Shown: positions 28,426 through 38,175, numbered from the stretch's first letter. The stretch is 64,000 nt of DNA from a virus (IMGVR_UViG_3300017911_001939:1-64000); one strand, 5' to 3'. Notes: generated by a model from the letters alone, not told the origin. Program-made: numbers and translations.

Positions 28426-28682
28426 TGACTGCAGGTGTAGGACCAATTGAAAACCAATTTTTGACTAAGAGTAAATTTACAAAGCTCATTGAGTCAACTG
28501 TTACAGAATTACGTATCCCATATATGGAGGCTGTTCTTCATGTATGTGAGAAAAACCAAATCGAACCCGAAGATGTCAAGAAGTTTATCTCTCCTGTCAT
28601 CAAGGACAAGATCGAAGCTGAGGCTATGAACCTCAACTTCTTGCCGAAAGGCAATACTCTTGATTCGGCTTTTGCTGAATAA
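28425..28682 (+). CDS. gp33: Late promoter transcription coactivator gp33
   Basis: F-x3-IE, YMEAVLHVCEKNQIEPE, KIEAEAMNLNFL. Confidence 0.85.
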   Translation: MTAGVGPIENQFLTKSKFTKLIESTVTELRIPYMEAVLHVCEKNQIEPEDVKKFISPVIKDKIEAEAMNLNFLPKGNTLDSAFAE

Positions 28683-28685
28683 AGG

Positions 28686-28727
28686 TATAAATAAAGCATG
28701 TACCAAGACGCATGAACTTGGTATAAT
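28686..28727 (+). promoter_or_regulatory. Tandem late (TATAAATA) and early-type (TGTACC-N17-TATAAT) promoters of gp32
   Basis: TATAAATA 28686-28693; TGTACC 28699, TATAAT 28722. Confidence 0.7.
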
Positions 28728-28762
28728 ACTACAGTTAATATTTCAGATATACGAGGTAATAT

Positions 28763-29653
28763 ATGTCATTCGAAAATCTAAAACGCAATCGCGATCAAAT
28801 CTCCAAACTCATTCAAGCAGCAGAAGCTACCAGCGGTGGTGGCGAAAAGAAGTCATATGCTGATGAACGGATTTGGAAGCCAACTGTCGATAAAGCTGGC
28901 AACGGTTATGCCGTACTTCGATTCCTCCCTGCAACTGAAGGTCAAGAACTTCCGTGGGTCCGTTATTGGGACCATGGCTTCAAAGGCCCAACTGGTTTGT
29001 GGTACATCGAAAACAGCCTGACTTCTATTGGTCAACCTGATCCAGTTGGTGAACTTAACTCTCGCTTGTGGAATAGTGGTATCGAAGACGACAAAGAAAA
29101 GGCACGTACACAAAAGCGTCGCTTGCATTATGTAACTAATGTTCTTGTTGTTTCAGATCCATCTAATCCTGCAAACGAAGGTAAAGTATTCCTTTACAAG
29201 TTTGGTAAGAAAATCTTCGATAAGATTATGGACCTGATGCAACCTCAGTTCCAAGATGAAGAGCCTGTAAATCCATTTGACTTTTGGGAAGGCGCAGACT
29301 TTAAGCTAAAAATTCGTAATGTTGAAGGATACCGTAATTATGATAAGTCCGAGTTTGCAAGCCCATCTGCGCTCTTTGATGCAGACGAATCCAAGTTGGA
29401 AGCAACCTATAACCAACTACATGACCTCAGTGAGTTCACCGATCCAAAGAACTACAAAACGTACGATGAGCTCAAAGCAAAACTCGCACGTGTTCTTGGA
29501 GAAGAAGCGAGCGTAGGTGCTCCAACTATGGCACAAGAACGAGTTATGAACGAGCCTGCGGCTCCAGCTCCGATGCCATCTGTTGAAGAGATTCCTCAAG
29601 CGGAAGATGATGACACTATGTCATACTTCTCTCGCTTGGCGAATGAAGGTTAA
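28763..29653 (+). CDS. gp32: Single-stranded DNA-binding protein gp32
   Basis: DERIWKPTVDKAGNGYAVLRFLP, WYIENSL, YKFGKKIFDKI, NPFDFWEGADFKLKI, acidic tail. Confidence 0.97.
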   Translation: MSFENLKRNRDQISKLIQAAEATSGGGEKKSYADERIWKPTVDKAGNGYAVLRFLPATEGQELPWVRYWDHGFKGPTGLWYIENSLTSIGQPDPVGELNSRLWNSGIEDDKEKARTQKRRLHYVTNVLVVSDPSNPANEGKVFLYKFGKKIFDKIMDLMQPQFQDEEPVNPFDFWEGADFKLKIRNVEGYRNYDKSEFASPSALFDADESKLEATYNQLHDLSEFTDPKNYKTYDELKAKLARVLGEEASVGAPTMAQERVMNEPAAPAPMPSVEEIPQAEDDDTMSYFSRLANEG

Positions 29654-29740
29654 CCAACCCATAAAGCCTTGTCGCTGAATAAGATTCGGACGAAAGTTGG
29701 TGTAACTAGAAAGGAGAGACTACTTCGGTAGTCGGGAATT

Positions 29741-29764
29741 GGGGAGCTTCGGCTCCCCTTTTCT
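29741..29764 (+). terminator. Rho-independent terminator
   Basis: GGGGAGC-TTCG-GCTCCCC-TTTTCT. Confidence 0.85.
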
Positions 29765-31645
29765 TTATCTGCCTGCTGGATTAATAGCAGATACTTGACC
29801 AGAATTAAGAACAGTATTTGAAGTAGTTACGCTTGATCTATTATCGGTAGGTGCATTAACTACATTCATGGCTGATGCAGCTGCAGTAGCTTCTCTATTA
29901 ATAGCTGCTACTGCGCTTCGTGCTTCATTGAGTTGATTGATACCTAATCCTTCGTATACTTTACCAACACTTGCCTTTAATCCTTCAATGTCGACATCTT
30001 GAATTGCAGCATCGATGCCGCCTTCTGGGAAATAAATATATCTTCTAGCACCAGTTTTGCCAAAATAATCTTTAGCATCGATGCGATTTTCGCCGTCTCT
30101 ACCTTTACCAGTTTGTAGACCTATCATTGCTTCAGACGCAAATGATATTCCTCTTACTGTGCTTTCTATACCTTTACCAAAATTTTCTATATCGATTTCG
30201 CCTAATCCTTTAAAAGCATTAGTCATTTCTTGCAGTTTAACTGGCAATATTGTCATATTGTCAATTAATTTAGGATCTAAATCTTTAATAGGTTCTAAAG
30301 ATTCGATTAATTCTTCGATAGGACCTTTTTGTGCATCTTTTCTATAATTTGTTCCAAAAAAGAAATCTACAATTCCGAGAAACGCGTCTCTAACTGGACC
30401 TATTAAATCGCTTCCTTGCTGAAGCAATTGAGATCCAAAGAATGACATGAGTGCAGAAGAAATACCATCTAATGCAGGACCAAGATTTTCATCGAATGTA
30501 AGACCGCTGAAAGATTTAAGTCCTTCAGACACATTCTTTAACATGTCACCGAACCCTTTACCTGGTTCAGATCCTGTTAGTTTTGAAATTGCTTGAATAC
30601 CTGCATCGCCAGCTGCAATACCTGCAAAGAATAATCCTATACCTGTACCAACCGCTGCAAGACCAACAGTTGCACCAGCTGCAGTTGCTGGACCAAACAT
30701 GCCAATAATAGCTGATGCACCTAAAAGAGCACCAAATGATTCTAGTGTGCCGTCTCTATTAAGTGAATCTAATAATCCTACAAATACGTCGATGATAGGT
30801 TTAATCGCTTCACCATCGGCCTGCATCATTGCAATGGTTTTATCACCAACTGCAAAACCACTAAAGAATAACCCAATACCGGCACCAATAGATGCAAGAC
30901 CAAATGCACCTTTGGCCATAGCCTTAGGTCCAAATAATGCACCGAATGCCGCAGAAGCACCAAATAATGAACCTATTGCTAATAAACTATCATCGTCAAG
31001 TGCGCCTAAAGCATCCGCAAAACTAATAATAATTTGCTTAATTGATTCACCGCTGGCCTGCATAGCCTCAATAGCCATATCACCAGCCGCAAATGCTGAG
31101 AAGAATGCGGCGATACCCACACCCATAGCACCGATACCAATACCAGCTCCAACTCCACTCAAGCCTGGAACAGCGCCAAATAATGCACCTGTACCAAGTA
31201 AAGCACCAAGAGCCACAAGATCTCGAGTGCTAAATGCTGCTAAACCTTCTGCTAGATTTGTTAATAGATTTTTAAGATTATCGCCACTACCAAATTTTGC
31301 CATAATAGATTCGGCACCTGCCAAACCCATAAAGAATGCACCGAGTCCAGCTCCAGCTGCACCGATGCCGATACCTGCTCCGCCTAAACCAAACCCGCCA
31401 AGTAATCTACTTAAAGGACCACCGCCTCCCGCGCCTGACCCGCCGGCCGGGGTGGGAGTCTGAGGCTTAACACCTCGTCCTTGTTTTCTTTCTCTCTCTT
31501 TTTCTAAGTCGTCAAGCTTTTTGCCTTTAGAGTCTTTAAAGAAAGCAATGAAAGACGCATTGAGTTGAGAGACCTCATGAGCTACATCGTGTGTAGCATC
31601 TGTCCCTTGTTTTAACTCATCGATTACTTCTGCGAGTGTTGCCAT
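29765..31645 (-). CDS. Probable tail tape-measure protein (gp29-like)
   Basis: 626 aa, four Gly/Ala-rich hydrophobic repeats, C-terminal VNAPTDNRSSVT; lies downstream of gp26/gp51. Confidence 0.65.
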   Translation of the reverse strand: MATLAEVIDELKQGTDATHDVAHEVSQLNASFIAFFKDSKGKKLDDLEKERERKQGRGVKPQTPTPAGGSGAGGGGPLSRLLGGFGLGGAGIGIGAAGAGLGAFFMGLAGAESIMAKFGSGDNLKNLLTNLAEGLAAFSTRDLVALGALLGTGALFGAVPGLSGVGAGIGIGAMGVGIAAFFSAFAAGDMAIEAMQASGESIKQIIISFADALGALDDDSLLAIGSLFGASAAFGALFGPKAMAKGAFGLASIGAGIGLFFSGFAVGDKTIAMMQADGEAIKPIIDVFVGLLDSLNRDGTLESFGALLGASAIIGMFGPATAAGATVGLAAVGTGIGLFFAGIAAGDAGIQAISKLTGSEPGKGFGDMLKNVSEGLKSFSGLTFDENLGPALDGISSALMSFFGSQLLQQGSDLIGPVRDAFLGIVDFFFGTNYRKDAQKGPIEELIESLEPIKDLDPKLIDNMTILPVKLQEMTNAFKGLGEIDIENFGKGIESTVRGISFASEAMIGLQTGKGRDGENRIDAKDYFGKTGARRYIYFPEGGIDAAIQDVDIEGLKASVGKVYEGLGINQLNEARSAVAAINREATAAASAMNVVNAPTDNRSSVTTSNTVLNSGQVSAINPAGR

Positions 31646-31824
31646 TGTTCGGCCTTTACTTTCTCTTCTTTTAAGAAACTAATTAACATACTAACATATA
31701 CGTCTTTTTCCCAAGGTATCATGCTGTCTATCTCATCGAGAGAGTACTTATGATGTTGCATTAAATCAAAATTGGTCTGATAATACACCTGTAAATTACT
31801 GTGAGATAGACCTATGAGAAAAAA
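31624..31824 (-). CDS. gp51: gp51-like baseplate hub assembly chaperone domain, probably reached by -1 frameshift from gp26
   Basis: Open -1 frame FFLIGLSHSNLQVYYQTNFDLMQHHKYSLDEIDSMIPWEKDVYV...; not in ORF track; first ATG at 31761 is mid-motif. Confidence 0.75.
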   Translation of the reverse strand, partial: FFLIGLSHSNLQVYYQTNFDLMQHHKYSLDEIDSMIPWEKDVYVSMLISFLKEEKVKAEQWQHSQK

Positions 31825-32525
31825 CTTTGCAGTCCTTCAAGTTTAGTTTCGTTCTCCGTTCCACAATTAGTACATGTAAACTTGAGATTATGTGTCAGCT
31901 TAGGTAAACCTTCGACATATCCACGAATCTTTCCAAACTGCTCTGCAGACATAGACTCAAGAAACTCTGTAAACTCTTCTAATGATTCTTCTTTTACCAT
32001 AATGCGTTCATCATCGGTTACGACAGAGATACATGCTTCTTTGATAAGTGCAAAGATTGCATCAGTCGCAGTCGCTGCTTCTGATAAATCGATGTTTTGC
32101 ATATCGACAAACTTTGGCACTGCCATTTCAATATGAATGCTATCCGTCAATTCTAATGTCTTTTTTGGATATACGCCATTCATTTCGATATCGTCAATTG
32201 CAATTTGCACATCATTTGCTGTATCACAGTTATAACACTTATATGACAAATCAATTGTTTCACCGACACTTTTTGATCTGATCTTCAAGAACAAATATTC
32301 TACATCAGCGCCAGTTAATTTTGTTGTATCAAATCCTTCTTCAATGCAAGATTTAATAATATCAAGTACTGCATGTGAAATTTGCTTTGGCTCTTCAGAT
32401 TCCAATGCAATTAACAGTACCTTCTCTTCTTTGACTAAGAACGGTCGAAACCGTGTTTCTTCGCCAGTCGAAGGGATAGTGACGTCGTACTTTGGTACGG
32501 CACCACTCAGTTTTGGTAAAGCCAT
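31812..32525 (-). CDS. gp26: Baseplate hub assembly protein gp26
   Basis: MALPKL...IPSTG...RPFLVKEEKVLL, YLFLKIRSKSVGE, two CxxC, LEGLQSFF end. Confidence 0.9.
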   Translation of the reverse strand: MALPKLSGAVPKYDVTIPSTGEETRFRPFLVKEEKVLLIALESEEPKQISHAVLDIIKSCIEEGFDTTKLTGADVEYLFLKIRSKSVGETIDLSYKCYNCDTANDVQIAIDDIEMNGVYPKKTLELTDSIHIEMAVPKFVDMQNIDLSEAATATDAIFALIKEACISVVTDDERIMVKEESLEEFTEFLESMSAEQFGKIRGYVEGLPKLTHNLKFTCTNCGTENETKLEGLQSFFS

Positions 32526-32534
32526 AATTTACTC

Positions 32535-33134
32535 CTAAAAATTAAAACCAAACGACAACCCGCCTTTGGCTGTCTCCCAATTTGTATAAGACAACTGAAC
32601 TGTCGTCTCTACATATGCATCCTGTTCATTGTTAAATTCAACCGAATTAATCGTAGTAGGAAATGCATCAATCAGATTTACTACGTACACTGATTGTGCT
32701 ATATCAATTCCGCCAACTCTACTTGCAATTGCACCAATTGGTAGTGGCATTGCGAGCTGATGGATCTGTACATCTTTTGCGTAATCTTTTTTGTATTTTG
32801 CCGTTTCTGTTTCTTCGTCGATAATAAGAGATCTCCACGTATCAAAATACTTTCGAATTGGATATGTACCTGTTTCCATAAAGGTAATCGATACATCATC
32901 GATTGCATAACCATATGCAACCTTTTCGAATTCCATACCAATACGTCTATCAACTGTGGTGATCTGTTTGCCTGGTAATGTAGCAGATCGACAAAGAATA
33001 TCCATATTTCTTTGACCAAGAAAACCTGCGATACCTCCACCGCCAAGAGAAGGCAATGTTACCTTAAACCGATTGGTACGAGCTAAGCCACCGCCAAACG
33101 TAATAGATGTTTTAAGCTCAGAAATTGTACTCAT
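32535..33134 (-). CDS. Tail tube initiator / gp19-gp54 family protein
   Basis: GGLARTNRFKV, LCRSATLPG, LIDAFPTTI tube-fold motifs. Confidence 0.75.
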   Translation of the reverse strand: MSTISELKTSITFGGGLARTNRFKVTLPSLGGGGIAGFLGQRNMDILCRSATLPGKQITTVDRRIGMEFEKVAYGYAIDDVSITFMETGTYPIRKYFDTWRSLIIDEETETAKYKKDYAKDVQIHQLAMPLPIGAIASRVGGIDIAQSVYVVNLIDAFPTTINSVEFNNEQDAYVETTVQLSYTNWETAKGGLSFGFNF

Positions 33135-33691
33135 ACCATTTTCCTTGTATCTCTATAGACCTGATTAGCACTTGCTTTATTCCAATCTGCTGTCGGAAGG
33201 AATGTTGCAATCTCCCATTCAGGTTTATCAACCAAAGCAAATCTACTTCTAACATGTTTAAACAAATAGTGTTTCATTGCTGGAGCGATAAACTTCTTTG
33301 GTATTGCACCTTCTTGTGCTAATACTGCATCGAGTACACGAGCTCTCATAACCTGTGGTAGATAATGTAGATTTAAACCATAGAATCCACCAGGTGCAGG
33401 ACCCATCATGATGATGAGTGGAAAGCCATCATAATATGGTAGAGTTTCTTTATGTTTAGGGTCATAGAAGTACATGTACATATTACCTACAGGACCACCG
33501 GTCGTAATAGGTTTGTTACGTAATTCAAGCGATGGATCTTTCATAATCTCATTGCGGCTTTTGACCACACGACCACGATACATCTCTCTCGCTTTTGTTC
33601 TAAACCACTCAATAGACTGCTTTGTCCGCGGTGTGATCCCAGCGCGGAATGCTTCAATCTCGAGTTCTCTAAATAAACTTTCTCCAGCCAT
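33131..33691 (-). CDS. gp2: DNA end protector gp2
   Basis: YFYDPKHKETLPYYDGFPL, GLNLHYLP, KHYL. Confidence 0.9.
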   Translation of the reverse strand: MAGESLFRELEIEAFRAGITPRTKQSIEWFRTKAREMYRGRVVKSRNEIMKDPSLELRNKPITTGGPVGNMYMYFYDPKHKETLPYYDGFPLIIMMGPAPGGFYGLNLHYLPQVMRARVLDAVLAQEGAIPKKFIAPAMKHYLFKHVRSRFALVDKPEWEIATFLPTADWNKASANQVYRDTRKMV

Positions 33692-33696
33692 GAGAC

Positions 33697-33704
33697 TATT
33701 TATA
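33697..33704 (-). promoter_or_regulatory. T4-type late promoter
   Basis: TATAAATA on minus strand just upstream of gp2 ATG. Confidence 0.65.
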
Positions 33705-33705
33705 A

Positions 33706-34203
33706 TTATTTTCTACGCTTTTTGCGATATGGCTTGAGAGGCTTGAGTTTACCTGGTACCTTCTTCAATGGCTTAGTCATAATACCCATCGAATACAATG
33801 TTTCTTCGGTCCAAATCTGAAACTCCCACTTACGGTCTTTGCAAAAACTATTAGCAGCTTCCCACTTATTCATATTCTTGACATAAGTCAAGCCTTCGTT
33901 GATATACTGTTTGGTTTTTCTTGCGCCTTTTGGTGGTTCTGTTTCTTTTTTGGGTTTGATTTCGACGAGGATTGTTTTGTCTTCAAAGACAATTTTGAGG
34001 TCGGGATAATAGCGGTGATAGCGTTTGTCAACTTCATAGAGGTATGGTATCACGATCTCTTCTGAAGACCATGCTTTTACTTTCGGGTTAGAATCGCACC
34101 ACTTAAACGTGTCCCGTTCCCACAGAGAACGGAAGATTACGTTCGTATGATCGCCTTTGTACTTCTTCGGATTGAGTACAGTGTATCGTCCAGAATATGC
34201 CAT
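33706..34203 (-). CDS. gp4: Head completion nuclease gp4
   Basis: YSGRY..NPKKYKGD, RSLWE, WSSEE, HRYYPD, VEIKP, NMNKWEAA. Confidence 0.92.
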   Translation of the reverse strand: MAYSGRYTVLNPKKYKGDHTNVIFRSLWERDTFKWCDSNPKVKAWSSEEIVIPYLYEVDKRYHRYYPDLKIVFEDKTILVEIKPKKETEPPKGARKTKQYINEGLTYVKNMNKWEAANSFCKDRKWEFQIWTEETLYSMGIMTKPLKKVPGKLKPLKPYRKKRRK

Positions 34204-34209
34204 TTTGTA

Positions 34210-34217
34210 TATAAATA
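34210..34217 (+). promoter_or_regulatory. T4-type late promoter
   Basis: TATAAATA in the gp4/gp48 divergent spacer. Confidence 0.7.
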
Positions 34218-34252
34218 GTTCCAAATTACTTTATATCTATAAGGATAAAAAC

Positions 34253-35344
34253 ATGACTATGGGTAAAAGCGGAAGAGGGAATTATAAATTTCCTATAGAT
34301 CTTGATAGTAAACAAAAAGGTTCTCGCATTTCGTTTCAAGCAATTCATGTTGAAGCGCCATCTATTACTGCCCGTTTTCTATCTAAAAAAGAATATGAGC
34401 AAAGACGTGCAGAAATTGCCGAGCTCGGCGCAAGCGGTGATAGAGCTTTAGCAAGTGCAGCATCAGCGCAATTAGAAAAAGACAATCAAGGATCTGGATT
34501 CCAAGGTGGTGTACAATCTACTAAATTTCATCGCATTGCTGGTGAAATATGTAATCTATATTTACCGGTATCTTTTCAAGTAAACGATGGCTTTGGTTAT
34601 CAACAAGCAAACCTAAATAATATTGGTGCTGCAGCTGCTGGTGCTCTTAATTCTGGTGAAAGCGTATTAGGTGCTACATTAGAAAATGCTATGCAAACAG
34701 GACAATCTGTATTAGATTTCTTTACAGGTGCAGCTGCTAGTGGTGAAGCCGCAAGACTTGCAGCAGTAAGAGGTATTACGGCTATTCCGCTTGTCGTTCC
34801 TCAAGAAGTAAAATCAGCAGTACAGGTAACAGCTCGTGTTGCTATGAATCCAAATATTCGTACGATGTTTAACGGTGTTGCGGTAAGAGAATTTAACTTT
34901 CAATTTAAATTTATTCCAACATCTGCACAAGAAGCTCAAGAGATTAAAAACATTGTAAACTTCTTTAGATACCATGCATATCCAGAAGAAATTGGTAAAA
35001 CTAAAAACTTTTCTTTGGCATACAACTATCCTAATATGTTTAAAATTGCATTGAAAGCAAAAGGTGCAAATGGTGAAGTAGATATTGGTACACCGATTAA
35101 ATTATGTTATCTTAAATCTATTTCTACTGTTTACAATCCACAGTCTCCAGTGTTACATGAAGATGGATCACCAACAGAAACAGATATCAATTTAACATTC
35201 ACTGAATACAAAGCTCTTAGCAGAACAGATGTGGTCAATCAACATAATCCAATATTGTTTGATCATGAATTGCAGACACCTGCTTCTGAAAAATATTCTA
35301 AAGAGAATGTACAAGGTGTAAGACCAGGCGCGACAGGATTTTAA
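34253..35344 (+). CDS. gp48: Baseplate tail tube cap gp48
   Basis: LYLP, NPNIRTMFNGVAVREFNFQFKFIP, CYLKSISTVY, LTFTE. Confidence 0.85.
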   Translation: MTMGKSGRGNYKFPIDLDSKQKGSRISFQAIHVEAPSITARFLSKKEYEQRRAEIAELGASGDRALASAASAQLEKDNQGSGFQGGVQSTKFHRIAGEICNLYLPVSFQVNDGFGYQQANLNNIGAAAAGALNSGESVLGATLENAMQTGQSVLDFFTGAAASGEAARLAAVRGITAIPLVVPQEVKSAVQVTARVAMNPNIRTMFNGVAVREFNFQFKFIPTSAQEAQEIKNIVNFFRYHAYPEEIGKTKNFSLAYNYPNMFKIALKAKGANGEVDIGTPIKLCYLKSISTVYNPQSPVLHEDGSPTETDINLTFTEYKALSRTDVVNQHNPILFDHELQTPASEKYSKENVQGVRPGATGF

Positions 35345-36076
35345 ATGTCTAATTATTTTGCTCCATTCCCTCGGGTATTATACAATTTTGGTGAAGAAAC
35401 AGATCCAGTTGGATTTGAAAATATTGCCGTATATGCTGACACAGTTGATCAAATTCGTGATGCTGTAACTGCATATCAAAATTATTATATCAGACCAGAT
35501 CAAAGACCTGATCAGGTATCAACAGAATTGTATGGCACACCGATTTATCATTGGACATTTTATCTGATGAATGAACATTTGCGTGAAAGAGGTTGGCCGC
35601 TTTCCGATGGTGCCGCATTTGAGAAAGCCAAAAAAGATTATCACTATCGTGTGCTTACTACAAGAACAAAACTAACAGATCGATTTAAAGTAAATCAAAC
35701 TGTAACTGGTCTCGGTTCTGGTGCTACTGGTAAAATTATTCATAGAAATTTAGATTTAGGCCAATTGTTTATCGATGATGTGGTTGGCACATTTACTGCT
35801 GGCGAATCGATTCAGTCGACAAAGAGTGATGGTACATTAGAAACTATTTCGTTGCATTCTACCGAACTGCAATACAATGCCGCGCATCATTACGAGAATG
35901 CAGATAAAGAGGTTGTTGATATCGATCCGACTGTTGGACCAGGCGCACAACTAACAGAAGTTACGTTTCTCGATGAGCTAATCAAACAAAATAACGTGAT
36001 GAAGCAAATTCGTGTTATTAGAAACGAAATTATTGTAGACGTAGCTGATTCATTTAAGAGAGCGATTGAAGGTTAA
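35345..36076 (+). CDS. gp53: Baseplate wedge protein gp53
   Basis: MSNYFAPFP, RPDQVSTELYG..YHW (LysM-like), WPL. Confidence 0.85.
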   Translation: MSNYFAPFPRVLYNFGEETDPVGFENIAVYADTVDQIRDAVTAYQNYYIRPDQRPDQVSTELYGTPIYHWTFYLMNEHLRERGWPLSDGAAFEKAKKDYHYRVLTTRTKLTDRFKVNQTVTGLGSGATGKIIHRNLDLGQLFIDDVVGTFTAGESIQSTKSDGTLETISLHSTELQYNAAHHYENADKEVVDIDPTVGPGAQLTEVTFLDELIKQNNVMKQIRVIRNEIIVDVADSFKRAIEG

Positions 36077-37401
36077 TGAATACCTCAGACTATCAACTTA
36101 AAGAAGTACTATTGATTTCTGAAAGACTTGGTAATGATATCGAGTTAAAGAACAATGTGACTGATTTAGACATCTACGAAAGTATGGATAAACCATATTT
36201 GACTGGCCGTCTTTTACTTATGGATAATGAGTTTTTGTATGAGGATGGTGGCATTCTTGGTGGTGAAAGAATGCAAATCACCATCGAAAGTTTAAGAGGC
36301 GAGCAAGGTGAAACTGGTGTTGATGTTAAACCAATTACAAAAGTATTTTATATCGATAGAATTACAAATAATATTAAAGTACAAGATGATACATCAGTAT
36401 TGGTAATCGAACTTATCGAAGATGTATATTATCATTCTAGCTTACAAAATATCAATCGCTTTTATCAAGGTAAAATAACAGATATCGCTACAAAGATTTC
36501 TGATAATTTTTTGAATAAAACTTTAGAATCGTCTGTATCTTCTCGAGAGAATTATAAATTAATCGTACCAAATATGCATCCGCTTGATGCATTGACTTGG
36601 CTTTGTCATAGAGCACAAACTACTGAAGGATTTTTCCCTTTCTATTTGTTCTCTACATTTGCTAAAGAAGAATTGTTTATGATGGATTTAGAGACGATGC
36701 TTACTGCAGGTCCAATCAATCCCGATGATCCATTTGCATATGGCTCATTTGCAGAACAAGAAGCAGCTTCGTTTGGTAAAAAAAGAAATATCAAAGCATT
36801 TTCTTTGGCCGAAGCCGATGATATGTTGACTAAAATTAGAAAAGGTATCGTAGGATCTAACTATCAATATATCGATGCTGCTGACGAATCTGTTAATGAA
36901 TTTGAATTCGATGTAAAAATAGATATGTTCGATAGATTAAAAAATGATTATGATTTGATTAAAGAACCTAATTATTCTTCAAGATACGAATACGAAAACA
37001 AATCTTTTAATCAACATCGCGCGCGCTTGATTTCACAAATCGGTGGTGCATATGCATATCGTGAAAGTGATGCCGAAGATTTCGATTTGTCTCTTGGTGA
37101 ATCTCGTAGTTTGGCAGAATATAAAACTAAGATTAGCTCAAGATCTATGGATAATTTTCTTAAATCAAACTCATTATCGTTTGTTGTAGATGGTGTAGAT
37201 TTTATTGATGGTAATAAGCATTCTACTATTGGTACATTACTACAACTTATTATTCCTTCGACATCACCTGGCCATGAGACACACCACGTCGATGAAAGAT
37301 TGAGCGGTGATTATTTGATTTACAATGCAAAACATAGTTTCTCAAAAGAAGCATATGTACTTACACTTAACGGTGTAAAGATAAATGGATATAGCGCATG
37401 A
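36076..37401 (+). CDS. Baseplate hub protein (gp27-like)
   Basis: IYESMDKPYLTG, LGGE, IVPNMHP, LSGDYLI..KH; lies between gp53 and gp5. Confidence 0.65.
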   Translation: MNTSDYQLKEVLLISERLGNDIELKNNVTDLDIYESMDKPYLTGRLLLMDNEFLYEDGGILGGERMQITIESLRGEQGETGVDVKPITKVFYIDRITNNIKVQDDTSVLVIELIEDVYYHSSLQNINRFYQGKITDIATKISDNFLNKTLESSVSSRENYKLIVPNMHPLDALTWLCHRAQTTEGFFPFYLFSTFAKEELFMMDLETMLTAGPINPDDPFAYGSFAEQEAASFGKKRNIKAFSLAEADDMLTKIRKGIVGSNYQYIDAADESVNEFEFDVKIDMFDRLKNDYDLIKEPNYSSRYEYENKSFNQHRARLISQIGGAYAYRESDAEDFDLSLGESRSLAEYKTKISSRSMDNFLKSNSLSFVVDGVDFIDGNKHSTIGTLLQLIIPSTSPGHETHHVDERLSGDYLIYNAKHSFSKEAYVLTLNGVKINGYSA

Positions 37402-38174
37402 CACCCGAACAATATCAAGATTTTTATGGAGATCAAACTCGTTGGTTTATCGGTAAAGTAGTAAGTATCGAAGATCCGATGCAGTTAGGCCGTATTCGTG
37501 TAAGGATTCATGGTATTCATACCGATAATACTCAGGAAATTCCTGATGACGGTTTACCATGGGCCCAAACTATAGTACCAATTACAGAAGGAGGTACAAA
37601 TGGACTTGGAAATATTACAGGCATTCAACCAAATGCACGCGTATTTGGCATCTTCCTCGATGGAGCCAACAGCCAACTCCCACTCATTCTTGGAAGCTTG
37701 CCAAAACTTGAAGAATCATCTGCCGGAGGCAGAAGTACGGATCAGCGAATTCGTGGCGGCGATGATGGAAAAAATTCACTCACCATTACTAAAAAACCAA
37801 ATTCAAACATTGGGGAACCAGATGACCCATATGCTGCAGTCTATCCAAACAATGCAGTGCATCGAACCCCAAGTGGCCACGTAATTGAATTAGACGATAC
37901 AGAAGACGCAGAACGTATTCACATCTATCATAGATCAGGTACACATATAGAAATGCATCCAAACGGTGATGTTGTGACCCATCATAAGAATGGATTTCGT
38001 ACTGTAACCGGTAATGATAAGTTAGAAGTAACAGAGAATATGGAAATCAAAGTTGGTAAGGATCTTAAGATTACAGTTGGTGGTAACATGACTCAGACCG
38101 TGACAGGAAATGAAACTGTCACTGTTGGTAAAGATCAGACAGTCACAACTGGAGGCAAGATCTTCTTGAACTAA
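37398..38174 (+). CDS. gp5: Baseplate central spike gp5 (OB fold + short beta-helix, no lysozyme)
   Basis: WFIGKV..DPMQLGRIRVRIHG, LPWA, YPNN..TPSGHVIELDDT, VxGN repeats. Confidence 0.9.
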   Translation: MTPEQYQDFYGDQTRWFIGKVVSIEDPMQLGRIRVRIHGIHTDNTQEIPDDGLPWAQTIVPITEGGTNGLGNITGIQPNARVFGIFLDGANSQLPLILGSLPKLEESSAGGRSTDQRIRGGDDGKNSLTITKKPNSNIGEPDDPYAAVYPNNAVHRTPSGHVIELDDTEDAERIHIYHRSGTHIEMHPNGDVVTHHKNGFRTVTGNDKLEVTENMEIKVGKDLKITVGGNMTQTVTGNETVTVGKDQTVTTGGKIFLN

Positions 38175-38175
38175 T

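Noticed and set aside
29668-29700. CTGA...CGAAA resembling a hammerhead ribozyme core
   Set aside because: Core reads CTGAATAAG, not CTGANGA, and the three stems could not be built
30699-31463. 254-aa plus-strand ORF rich in Pro/Ala/Asn
   Set aside because: Antisense shadow of the Gly/Ala-rich tape-measure gene; no RBS or motifs
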